From Macrostomum lignano (lineage: Eukaryota): a DNA stretch of 64,000 nt. Below are positions 34,348 through 45,908 of the stretch, piece after piece. Every line of letters begins with the position of its first letter. The stretch's first letter is position 1. The stretch spans positions 124,001-188,000 of the forward strand of contig NIVC01000173.1 of the NCBI GenBank assembly GCA_002269645.1, read 5' to 3'. The notes under the pieces are model-generated. The model was not told the origin of the DNA. It was given only the letters and a program-made list of their open reading frames with translations, and did no database searches. The position numbers were made by a program, and so were the translations under genes.

Positions 34348-37034
34348 GTTGCTAAGCAATGACTCCTTACTCTGTAGGACTAACACCTAAAATAAATAAA
34401 TAGATATCAAATTAATCAGGAATAAAATGTGGCTATCAATTTTGTTTGTAATAGTGCTCAATTTGCATGCATGTGCACTTCTAGTGTTTTCAGTTGTTTT
34501 CTCCATATTTCTTTTTGCATTATCCTATCCTTGCATATAACCTTTTGCAAAATTTCTTCTCATTTTTGATTCCGATTAGCTGTAAATGTAGGAATAACAA
34601 GCCCCAACCAATGAATGCTTAGTGCCTATACCCTGCCAGCGAAATCCAATTGGGTAAGATTGTCTAAGCTGCACCTTCCACCCTATCTTCCCCTATGCCC
34701 ATGCGGTAAAGTCTATAAATTTAAGCAAGCTGACAAGCTAATAAATCAAGTTTCTTCAGCTAACAAAGTCTTCTATAGTTGGTAGAAATTTGAACTCTGG
34801 AATACACAGCTACATGTTGTTAAATTAAAAAGTGATTAAATTAATTATCTACATTGTAAAAACCAAATTTTCTCTAAGTATATATTTTCCATATATTCAT
34901 TCACCATTGTATTTATGATATGTACTATGGCCATAGGGTAAAGGAAAAACCACTTCTCATCTTTATTATTAAAACTAGGCCTATTATAGATACAACTTAT
35001 TTAAAAGAAAATTATATAATTTTTTTATTAAAAAAACTGATGGTAATTTTTGCAAAATAAAAAGAAAATTATAAAGATGCCTAAATGCTATAAAAGTAGT
35101 AGGTTCTAATACAAATGGCTTGGATTATCCATCATTATCATTTTATTATAATATTATCATTTATCATTTTAATTTATCCAGTTCCATTCTAATAAGAATA
35201 TCAATAAATAAAAAAAGTCAACATACAGAGCTATTAATATTATCCTCACCTCAGTCCTTCGTGTGGAAATGCCGCAGGTCCTAAGACCTTTATTTGGAAG
35301 TGACGGTGAGGTAAGACCTGGGTTTAATAAGAAAGAATAAGACTTAGTTGGGACGTGTTTTATTATGTATATCAGTCGAAGATTGCAAATGTTAATTACT
35401 TAATTTGTACAACAAAGTACTTCTTAGAAAAGTCTCGTGTTAAAATTACTCAGAAAAATAGAGTCCAGTAAAACAATCTATAATCAGTGAGTGTTAAAGC
35501 AAGGCTAGAAAATAGTTTTATTTACATTTTTAAATATAAAAATCAGCTAGAAACTGCATATCCGATTAGTTACTTAAATTAATGATAAAAATAGCTTAAA
35601 AGGAAAAGTTAACTACATTTTTTAACTTCCCATGCATATATTTTGGTGTATATTTTGTGCTTTTTCATTGGCCTACTGCGGCAAAAAAGCGCGCACAGGC
35701 ATGGATGGAGATCACATGTGAAGCCAAAACATTTTTACTTTAATCATGCAAATTTATATTTTTATTTTATCTTTAATTATTTTCACTGTGTCGTACATGA
35801 CATTTTCTTTATAATCGGTGATACAGATATCATCGGTGATATCTGTATCACCAAACGCTTAATTGTTACATGTATGCGTGTATATAATTTCTAATGAAAA
35901 ACAGTTTCTAGGAAACTTGTAAACTTGTACATGTAAAATGTTTAACTTGTCTTTTAGTCTATCAAAGCATGTAGACTATGACTGTAAGCATTTCTTCGAT
36001 CGATCATTCAGTGATGCTACACTTTGGAAGCCACCAGTTCGTCCAGATCCATCGTTAGACAGTGGACAAATTCTGCATTGACAATGGGAATCAAACAATT
36101 GTTATTGTTATTTAACTCATTCTCAATTTCATTTGCATTAACAATAGAACTATAGCTCGCACTAACAGGGGGTGAATTCCCCCCGGCCCCAATTAACCCT
36201 GACAATTTTTTTGCTGCGCCGGAACGGAGCAACGCATGCACACGAAATTCAAGAACACGGGCCAACTTTTTGTTGCGCACCTTCTCAAGCAAGAATCAAG
36301 TCGCCAGCTCTCCGGACCGTCGAGATATTCGACGATTCTGCCAGAAGTTGGGGTTTTTCCCATAAGCGCTAGTGTATTCAGTACACCGGCCGGCCCCGTG
36401 CGCCAATCAGCCCTGTGCCTAGTGCAGCCTTGCCAAGTCTCCAAATTTCATCAGCACATCGACCACATGTGTCTGCATCAGCTCTGACTTCGTTGGTCAC
36501 TAGCCTTCACCCAAGCGGAGCTTCTGGACCTTCAGCAGGTGGCACCAGGGCCCAGGGGATAATGAACACCCTGATGCGAATTTCTCAAGTTTCGCTGATC
36601 AAGCCTCGACAGCCGGCAAACGTCAACTGCTGGACATCCTCAGGTAGTCTCTCAAGCATTCAGTCATCACCCCGACGCCGTCGGCACCTACTGTTAATTA
36701 GAGCTGACAATACAATTGCCCCTAATTACCATCGATGCTGAGGTCACCGCTGCCATCGCGATCGCCCATCTGGAAGATGGTCTCCAGTTCGGCTTCGCTG
36801 AGCGGCTCCGCGCCAAACGAAGTCAGCGCCAGGGCCAGCTGTTCACGACTCAGTCGGCCGCTGCCGTCCTCGTTGAAGTGCTGGAGGGTTTAGCATGAAA
36901 ATTTGTTACACATTGTCTGATCCTGCAGAAAAATCATTTGGCTTCTTTTTTCAAGAGCGTAATCAGAATTATTCATTGAAAGGTACATGTGAATGCCACG
37001 CCTTGCCGTGTGATTTTATTACTGTGAGCTACAG

Positions 37035-37180
37035 CGAGCACCAGGGGCGCCAGCACCAGGGGCGCCAGCACCAGGGGCGCCAGCACCAGGGGCGCCAGCA
37101 CCAGGGGCGCCAGCACCAGGGGCGCCAGCACCAGGGGCGCCAGCACCAGGGGCGCCAGCACCAGGGGCGCCAGCACCAGG
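37035..37180. repeat. 15-bp minisatellite (cagcaccaggggcgc)
   Basis: About 9 perfect copies. Confidence 0.92.
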
Positions 37181-37194
37181 AGCTAGAAAACCAT

Positions 37195-37541
37195 TGCATG
37201 TATTTAACCAGCACCCCAAAACCAGCAAATGTGCATGTCAGCCAGCACCTAAAACCATCAAATGTACTTGCCGGCGCACCCCAAAAGCAGCAAATGTACA
37301 TGCCAGCCAGCACCCCAAAAGCAGCAAATGTACATGCCAGCCAGCACCCCAAAAGCAGCAAATGTACATGCCAGCCAGCACCCCAAAAGCAGCAAATGTA
37401 CATGCCAGCCAGCACCCCAAAAGCAGCAAATGTACATGCCAGCCAGCACCCCAAAAGCAGCAAATGTACATGCCAGCCAGCACCCCAAAAGCAGCAAATG
37501 TACATGCCAGCCAGCACCCCAAAAGCAGCAAATGTACATGC
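37195..37541. repeat. 34-bp minisatellite (ccagccagcaccccaaaagcagcaaatgtacatg)
   Basis: Tandem array abutting the exon-3 donor of the EF-hand gene. Confidence 0.92.
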
Positions 37542-37904
37542 CTCAAAAGCCGCTCGCAGCTCGGCCTGCCTCTCAGCTTTATCTTTATAATGCTTTCGAG
37601 CGGCGATGCAAAACTCTTGGAAGCTGATTACGCCGTCTGAGCCTGCGGTGTCCGAAAAGAACAGGTACAGAGCTAGTGAAGTTTATATACGCTAGTGGAG
37701 GTCTAAATATACCCTCCGAGTTTAAAATTATAAATTTTACGACGTACTAATGTCGATCTCGGCCATGATGTCGCTTAGCTGGGCATCGGTGCAGTCAACT
37801 CCGAATTATCTGAGCACGTTGCCGAACTCGCCAGCCTCGATGGCACCGCTACTGTCCGAGTCGAAGTAGTGAAAACTGCGCCACAGCTCTGCGGAGCAGA
37901 TTGG

Positions 37905-38852
37905 GGCGGGATCGGGGAGGGATCAGGGAAGGATCAGGGAAGGGATTGGGGAGGGATTGGGGAGGGATCAGGGAGGGACCAGCGAGGGATCAGGGAAGGG
38001 ATTGGGGAGGGATTGGGGATGGATCAGAGAGGGACCAGGGAGGGATCAGGGAAGGGATTGGGGAGGGATCAGGGAGGGATTGGGGAGGGATCAGGGAGGG
38101 ACCAGGGAGGGATCAGGGAGGGATCAAGGAGGGATCAGGGAGGGATCAGGGAGGGATTGGGGAGTGGGATCAGGGAGGGATCAGGGAGGGATCAGGGAAG
38201 GGATTGGGGAGGGATCAGGGAGGGACTAGGGAGGGATCAGGGAGGGATTGGGGAGGGATCAGGGAGGGATCAGGGAGGGATCAGGGAGGGATCGGGGAGG
38301 GATCGAGGAGGGATTGGGGAGGGATCAGGGAGGGACCAGGGAGGGATCAGGGAAGGGATTGGGGAGGGATCAGGGAGGGATTGGGGAGGGATCAGGGAGG
38401 GATCGGGGAGGGATTGGGGAGGGATCAGGGAGGGATCAGGTAGGGATCGGGGAGGGATCGAGGAGGGATCAGGGAGGGATCGGGTAGGGATCGGGTAGGG
38501 ATCAGGGAGGGATCAGGGAGGGATCGGGTAGGGATCGGGTAGGGATCAGGGAGGGATCAGGGAGGGATCGGGTAGGGATCGGGGAGGGATCAGGGAGGGA
38601 TCAGGGAGGGATCAGGGAGGGATCAGGGAGGGATCGGGGAGGGATCAGGGAGGGATCAGGGAGGGATCAGGGAGGGATCAGGGAGGGATCAGGGAGGGAT
38701 CAGGGAGGGATCGGGGAGGGATCGGGGAGGGATCAGGGAGGGATCGGGGAGGGATCAGGGAGGGATTGGGGAGGGATCAGGGAGGGATCAGGGAGGGATC
38801 AGGGAGGGATCAGGGGGGATCAGGGAGGGATCAGGGAGGGATCAGGAAGGGA
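37905..38852. repeat. 11-bp minisatellite (gggagggatca)
   Basis: About 85 units filling intron 1 of the EF-hand gene. Confidence 0.92.
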
Positions 38853-39794
38853 TGTCGAATTCCAAAAAAACTGTTAAACTCACGCTTAGCTTGTGTTTCA
38901 TCGAATCCCAAACCCAGAGCCATACGAAGATTCTCTTCTGAGATTGTCTGAAATTGATTAGGGAGTCTTAAATGAATAAAAATTAGATTCCAAAGTAAAA
39001 TAAAAATACAATTGTAAATATTCTCAGGGGGTTGCGGTCAACTCTGGCGCAACGCCGCTGACTCCTGAAAACATACAAGCGCGGCACTACTATGCAGAGC
39101 GTGTACAGTGGCATTCGGACTCTCTCATTGTCAGGCATTGTACACAGCTATCTGTGCCTTGGAGGTTGACCTACTATGCACTGCATGACAATTTATTTAT
39201 CCATCAGCCAATCATTTTTCGTGCGCATGCACACAAATATAATATAAACTCACCATTTTTGCTTAAATGTTCGATGCAATGCCTGCTGTCGAAAATTAGA
39301 ATTTTCATGTATATGCAGCTGAGTCCAAAACAGATTATAGTGGTGGCCTATGAAAAAGTTCTCTTAAATACCTGCAGCCTGATGGTGCAAGTTGACCATT
39401 GAAAAGGTTTTCTATTGTAATCTCTTTTACAATGAAGTAGGAAAAGCATCACAATATATTTCTATAGGCCATTGTTGCCTTCTGGCTTTGTATAGAAGTT
39501 TCCTATAGAAAAGGAGTTACTGATTCATTCTTTTTTAATTGTGAATTGTTACCGTGACTGCGATGAGAAATAGTCCTGTGTCTGGTGAATAGGAGTTTTA
39601 ATTATGCTTCACTTCATATCTTTACTGCGTAGGTCTGTCTCAATTGCCAGCTATTCATAAAATATACAGTAAGATATAGCCATGTTTACAGTGTATTCTG
39701 GCTACTTTAAGTAGCATTTTCGACTTATTATTTTCGACTTTTAACAGATAAAAATGAAAATGAGCTGCCGAAGCCAAAACTCTATAGAAAGCCC

Positions 39795-39950
39795 GCGAAG
39801 GGAGAAGAGAGGGTGATGGAAACTCCACGGAGGGAGAAGAGAGGGTGATGGAAACTCCACGGAGGGAGAAGAGAGGGTGATGGAAAGCCCCACGGAGGGA
39901 GAAGAGAGGGTGATGGAAAGCCCCACGGAGGGAGAAGAGAGGGTGAAGGA
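39795..39950. repeat. ~33-bp minisatellite (core ggagggagaagagagggtgatggaaa)
   Basis: About 4-5 copies. Confidence 0.85.
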
Positions 39951-40465
39951 AAAGATTTGCAGAGAAGAGATGCTGATGGTAATGTCCCCAACAGAAAGGC
40001 TGCAAAAAATAAAATATTCAAACAGCCATTGGCAATTGCAATCAGTAGTTTAAAGTATTTTGTAAGACATTAAATTAGCGGCAATAAGATAAATATCGAC
40101 CGACAGATAGTAAGTAAAATTATATATTTGATTGGATAATTTTTAAGTAGAATTTTTTGTGCGTCAATTAATGTAAAGTGATAAAATGGACGATGCACTG
40201 AAATTCAATACACTTGATCTACACAGCTGATGCTAAATTATCAAAAGTACTTTATGTACTTGGAAGAATTTCTGAAAAACAGAAGCAGCAAAAAGTGAGC
40301 GAACAATTCAATAAAATACAGACAAAAGCTTTTCAGTGGATGTGGACCTTTTTAATTCCAGATTAGAAATGTTGTAGCGTCGACCACGTGAGTCAACTAT
40401 TCGTTGTTCGTTATTCATTTGTTGTTATAATACAGTAAACCTGACGGTGTTAATTTACGAACATC

Positions 40466-40801
40466 TTAGCGCACCAATTCCGGCTTGCATTCAAAAACTT
40501 GAGATGCGAAGAACAAATGAAGGCCCATAATAATTGCTAAAAGGCCTAGCATACTCAGGAGGGCCGCACGACCAATCAGCATGGCATCCATGATAGCGAA
40601 GGCCCTGGCATTGTCTGTAGCCACATCGGATTTCGGTATAACAATCAACACTAATGATATTAGGAAGACTGATAGCAGTAGTATGATGCCGACATAGCGC
40701 ATGCCAGACTTGGCCTTCGCCGTGGCCAATAGGACTATTAAGGTGAACGACCATAGTACACCCAGTACTATGATGCCAACTCCAACGCCAAGTAGAGTGG
40801 C
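40466..40801 (-). CDS. Terminal exon of a small multi-pass membrane protein (possibly claudin/tetraspan-like)
   Basis: Acceptor ctttcag at 40802-40803, then a phase-0 open frame ATLLGVGVGIIVLGVLWSFTLIVLL...RYVGIILLLSVFLISLVLIVI...AALLSMLGLLAIIMGLHLFF with three hydrophobic segments. Upstream exons not found. Confidence 0.5.
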   Translation of the reverse strand, partial: ATLLGVGVGIIVLGVLWSFTLIVLLATAKAKSGMRYVGIILLLSVFLISLVLIVIPKSDVATDNARAFAIMDAMLIGRAALLSMLGLLAIIMGLHLFFASQVFECKPELVR

Positions 40802-42249
40802 CTGAAAGGAGTTAGTTGCTTGTTGTTTATAAAAGTGTTCTACAGATGGATTTTGTCATTTCTGCATATGAGAAACCAGAAAATCAAAGTGCTTAAATAA
40901 ATATAATTAATGACAAACAAACTACACAATAAAAGTAGTAATTATGAAAATAGTTGTGAAAATAATCTAAAAAATTAGATTCACACTGAGGAATCATCAC
41001 ACTAAACTCATTCTCAGGAGAGTATTTAATGGTGTGGTGGCAAAAATTCTCACAATAAAATCAGTCTAAAGGAACATCTAGTAGACATTCAGTTAGAGGA
41101 ACCACAATTTTTAGCTTATTTCATATTTTTTATCATCACAGATCTGTAGTTCCATAAACCTTGCTAAATATTTAATTGATAAACTGAACTAGAGTTTTAT
41201 TTTCAATGTAGGCTAATTTTCTAATTTACTAGTACGGAATGCTGAAATCCACAACTTTTGAATCCAAAAGTCCTGCATAAAAAAGTACAATGGATTGAAA
41301 GTAAAAATGGTCTTATATGATTTTTAAGTGTGTACACAATGTTATATATCTATACTCTATCAGTGATTAAGTGAGGACAAAGTTCTACTGCAAATTATAC
41401 TTTAAGATTTATCCTGCTAAAATTAACTGTAAATTTGAACTTTTTAATGAAATAATTAAATGACTATTTCATATAGCTGTTATTGCTAAACTTGGTTAAT
41501 ATAAACCAAAATGCACAAAAAAGTTTGAGAATAAGTTTTTGCACTAAACTGAGCAATAGCACGCCATCAAGTTCTTATCAAACTTTTTAACTTTTCAACA
41601 GCCAAATTGGACATGAATAGATACGATATTAGAATAAAATAATGCAAAATAATCATACACAAGAATTCTACAAGTTTTCATTATTTCGTGCTCTAGCTTC
41701 TGCGTTTTTGTTCGTGTCGTTTGCATTGTACGAGCGTATACATGATAATTTGTAAATCATTTTTAAATTACGTTTCTTTCAACCAAAAGTTTGTTTTCTG
41801 TCAATGGAAGTGCTAATTTACGATTAATACAGTTGAAATTCCAAATTTGTACGGCTGTGCGATGGAATATCGAAGTTTCGAACAACGCTTTGGTTTACCA
41901 CCAAACCTAAATGTTTTCAACATGGTATAAAAAGTAGTAGTAGTAGTAGTAAGTTGGCTCAGGCAAGAAGCCTGTTTGGCCAATATATTTCTATGTATTT
42001 AAGATTGCTTCAGGAATAGGAGACAATATTTTAGCACTAGTTATTTAATTATGATTAGTACGAGTTTTGCAAAATGGTATTTGAAAGAACGCGGAAAAGT
42101 TATTAACGATACTTGGACGGCTAACGAAGCGAAAGAAAAAGCAAGGAGTTAAAAAAAGTATTGCAGTTAATAAAAGTAAAAACGAAAGAAAAATGAACAA
42201 AAACGAACTTCGAAGGGACTTTACGTTAAGCGAATGACGACGATTTAAA

Positions 42250-42985
42250 TAGGTATTAGATAGGAAACTAATTAAATACTAATTAAGTGCTAATTAAGTA
42301 GGAAATTAAAAATGGGAAAGGCGGATTTATTTCACTGCTGATATGTCTGTTTCAGTTTGCATAACTGTTTTAGCTATTCATGACTTCATATATTTTAGCT
42401 ACACCAGTGAGCTCTTTTCTGACTCTTTTTTCATTTGTAGCATATCCTAACTTGTGTACTTGCTTGTCATTTAGGAGGTACTGACAGAAGTATTTTTTTC
42501 TGAACTTTTCGGTTTGTGGACATTCGGTCAAGTAGTGTAGGATATCGGAACCATTTCTCGCTCCACACAGTCTACATGGTTCATGAGAGAAAGTGTTGGG
42601 TGTAATTTCGCATTTCAGTTTTAGGAGGGTTGTTAGGAATTTTTTGTTTCTAAAAGTGTATGGAAAGTAATCTGAAAGGTCAGGCCTGCAGATTTTTTTG
42701 TAGAGATAGGCGTTTTTATAGAGTTTAATATGTTGCTGATTCTCTAGCTTTTGGCTAAGTTCTCTTTCTCTGTGTATCTTGAGGTGCTTTTTCACTAGGT
42801 ATTTCTCGTTATTAAAGCTTTGGGAAAGTTTATCTTCAGTTAGTGCTTTTAAGTCTATACTTTCCAGTTTCTTTAGTATATTTGTTTTCCATGGATTTTT
42901 TTGGCTGGTGTTTGAGTAGAAAATTTCTAGTGTCGTTTGGCAAAGTTTTTGATGTCTAATCTTCAGCCAGTAGGTAAGATAGGTT
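42250..42985 (-). mobile_element. Non-LTR retrotransposon (LINE), 3' part of ORF2 and 3' UTR
   Basis: The 42370-42983 frame ends with a CCHC-like knuckle (CRLC...ILHYLTEC). It joins the RT portion in frame once 42986-45908 is removed. The tail may extend to the (TAC)n run at 41933-41951. Confidence 0.8.
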
Positions 42986-45908
42986 CCCAGTGAAAAAAAT
43001 GATATGGATTCCATGTGGATTTTTCATATGAAATCCATATGTGCATTTGTCTCCGTCCATCCATGTGGAATCAAGATATGGATTCCACATGGAAGATCCA
43101 TATGGAAGTAATTATGTATTTCACATAGAATCCACATTGTCATTGAATAAGCAGCCATTATTACTGGTTGCCATAATAAATTGTTGCATCCTAAATCTCA
43201 AAATAATACCAGATCTCAAAATTTCATACGAACCCCAGATCTCAATACCATATAAAAGAAACTGAAACACAGATAAAACACTAGCTATAGCCAAAAATAT
43301 TTCTGCACAAAAATTCAAAATTCAAAATTCAATATTCAAAAACGATGTAAGGTGTATTTATGTACAGTAGTGAGTCACTGGCACACAAAGAATAAACACA
43401 CTGATGTAAATATTGATATCTTTAGAGTTGCACTGCGCATATGATATAATATATAATTTGAAATTGACATTGTCAATAGCATTAATTAACAATAATATAA
43501 TGCATCAGAATTAGAACAGTCAGAAACATGCTGCTGCCAATTGCCAGAATGCTGCTTCTTCAGGTCAGGTGAGCAACCTTAGAAAAGAAAGGGGTTAAAT
43601 TACAGAATTTTATAACAGATTGATGACAGATTTTGTAATAGATTTTGATAGATTTTGATGACAGAAAAAAATAAGTTTATAACTAAAACTTACCATTGCT
43701 TCACAAAAGGTAGCATTTGAGATATTAAATTCAAATTCCAAGTAGCTTTGCAAGCTTCTTCAAATGCAAGACCAAGGTGACATCCAAGTTTGAGGATGGG
43801 TCATGTAATGTTAGGCTGAAATGAAATAGAAAAATAATTGTTGCCAATTAAGATTGATAAATAATATTGATATAATTCATAAAACTAATTTAATGATGAA
43901 TACTTATAAAATAAAATAAAGTTTATTTTAAAATTAACTAGGCCTAAGTCCTAGGTTTATTTTTTAAGCGCAAAGTGTGCATATGCACCCTAAATTTAAA
44001 AATTGCACCTTGAAAATTGAAATTAAAAAGTTGATGATACAGTTTAGGTGTGATCTCATTACCTATTTTTCTGTTGAAGCCTTTTTTGCACTGCCTTTAT
44101 ATAAGAAAAAAAAGAAACTGCATTTTAAGCCTTAAAATCATAAAACCCTAAAAGTGAGCATAGGGTATGATTTTGCACCTTGTCTCTAGCAAAAAATAAA
44201 ACCCTACCCAAGTCAATCAATAAAATTAAATTAATAAAATTAAAATAATAAGTACAAAAAATTAATATATGTTTCTAAAAATTTAATTTTTTATTTTAAA
44301 ATTGATTTTAGACTATAAAGTATTTAGGCAAAGCAATGCATGTTTTTTTTTATATTTGCGGGCCTATTATGATTAAAAGGGGGGCTGTAGCCAAGCGGTA
44401 GCATAGCTGCTCTGGTGTGCCAGCGACCTAGGCTCGATTCTAAGTGCAGTCACATTAATTTGGGGCTGAATTGGAATCTTGGCTTGGCTCTCTGCTTGTG
44501 CAATTAATGGCCTTGAGAGCCAACCCCCAAGGCACAGTGAAGTATACATGCCTAACAATAAATAAAGTTAGGGCCACTGTACACTCCTATGTAAATGTGC
44601 CTACATACGTATCCGCACGCTTGTGTGCCTGCTCAAGGGAGTTAATGGAATGGGCAGCAATGCCTCTCGCCAGTTGTATGCCTATGTCGCTTAACGTGTG
44701 CCAGGGTGCACACAACCCCCTGCCTCTAATAAAAAAAATAGTATGATTAAACATTAGGCCTAATCTTAAAAGCTATGCCCTATAGCTATTAAATTCTAGA
44801 CTTGGCCTAAATCAGATCAAATTTACAATAATCATTATTTATTTATAATAGCAACCTTAGGGATCTGCTAGGCTAGCTATGCCAAAAACAGGTTGCAAGT
44901 GTAATTGCAAAGAATTATTTATAATGATTAATAATATTGTTTTTAAAAATGCAACAAGTCTAAAAGACGCTAACAGGCTTTTTTGAAGAAAATCATAAAT
45001 GAATAGATTTTTAACAGATTAACTAGATTGACTAGTCACAATTCACAAAGTCAAGCTAGTCTTAACCTTAATTAAAATAGAAGGACCTAAATTGATAGTT
45101 ATAGGCCTAGGCCTAGCCTAAAATAGGCCTAATAAGCATACATAAATAGATAAGACTAATAGGTAGGACTAAGAGGAAATTATGAACTTCTAAAGGACTA
45201 TTTAAGTTTAAAAAATGAGTAGCCAATCTATGGACATGGCCATGGGATTCCTAGAAATTGGATAAGCCTAAATAAATTTATCATGGATGGATTTTACCAA
45301 AAGTATTAGGCCTATCTATGATGAAATACTGATTTATCTAATTTCTAATTCTATGGAGGCCATGGCCTTATAAGTTATTGCCTATAGGCTACGTCTACTA
45401 AAATTTTTAAGGTGCTTAAATAGCCATAAACAAGGCAATTTATCTTTCAAGGCCTTGAACCAAGACATTGACGAATATAAAATAAAATAAATTTAATTTT
45501 AAAAAGCACGAAACGTTTTTTATTGTTCACTTCTATTTTGTCTATTTTAACAAACAGTATCTTATTTTCTGATTATAATTTAGCTTTAAGATATTAATTT
45601 TTACTTAAAAGCATATAAATATAATAATTAATTATAGTAATTTCATAAAAACGTCTTAATGTGGTGTGTCACAGTTTTTTTATCGAAGTGGATTCCATGT
45701 TGAATCAATATACGCTTATTTCTCATGAATTCCTTGTAAAATCCACATCAACATTAGGACAGTAAAAATTAAAAAATAGTGCATAAAAAATACTTTGCAT
45801 ACCATTATGTCATCTTTAAGTCATTAATTTGCAAAAATTAAAGAAACATTTAAATTCCACATGGCCACGTGGAACCCACGTGGAATCCATGAATCATTTT
45901 TCACTGGG
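42986..45908. mobile_element. 2.9-kb non-autonomous DNA transposon with CCCAG termini and 2-bp TSD (EnSpm/CMC-like)
   Basis: TIR cccagtgaaaaaaatgatatggattccatgtgg / ccacgtggaatccatgaatcatttttcactggg, TT duplication, subterminal (ccatgtgg/atggattcc) repeats. Precise excision restores the LINE frame ...RIAK-TYLTYWLKI... Confidence 0.85.
44378..44741 (+). mobile_element. tRNA-derived SINE inserted in the DNA transposon
   Basis: A-box-like tagccaagcgg, B-box-like ggctcgattct, A-rich tail, 10-bp TSD tatgattaaa (44368-44377 and 44742-44751). Confidence 0.78.

Larger units (their letters stand above)
36017..38923 (-). pseudogene. Calmodulin-like four-EF-hand gene with one in-frame TAA (pseudogene, null allele or sequence error)
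   Basis: Exons (minus): 38923-38884, 37888-37748, 37642-37542, 36880-36730, 36072-36017, phases consistent. EF loops: DSDSSGAIEAGE, DISSDGVISFQE, NEDGSGRLSREQ, DRDGSGDLSIDE. TAA at 37808-37806. Intron 3 has a GC donor. Confidence 0.8.

Noticed and set aside
36160-36374. CACTA...TAGTG bounded segment in EF-hand intron 4
   Set aside because: The TIR is limited to 5 bp and no TSD is present.
37806-37808. Nuclear TAA reassignment as the explanation of the EF-hand stop
   Set aside because: TAA terminates the LINE ORF (42370) and the membrane exon (40466), and ~9 kb of other coding sequence contains no in-frame TAA.
39040-39140. TPENIQAR... as a Tc1/mariner remnant
   Set aside because: Short similarity only, with no TIRs or catalytic motifs.
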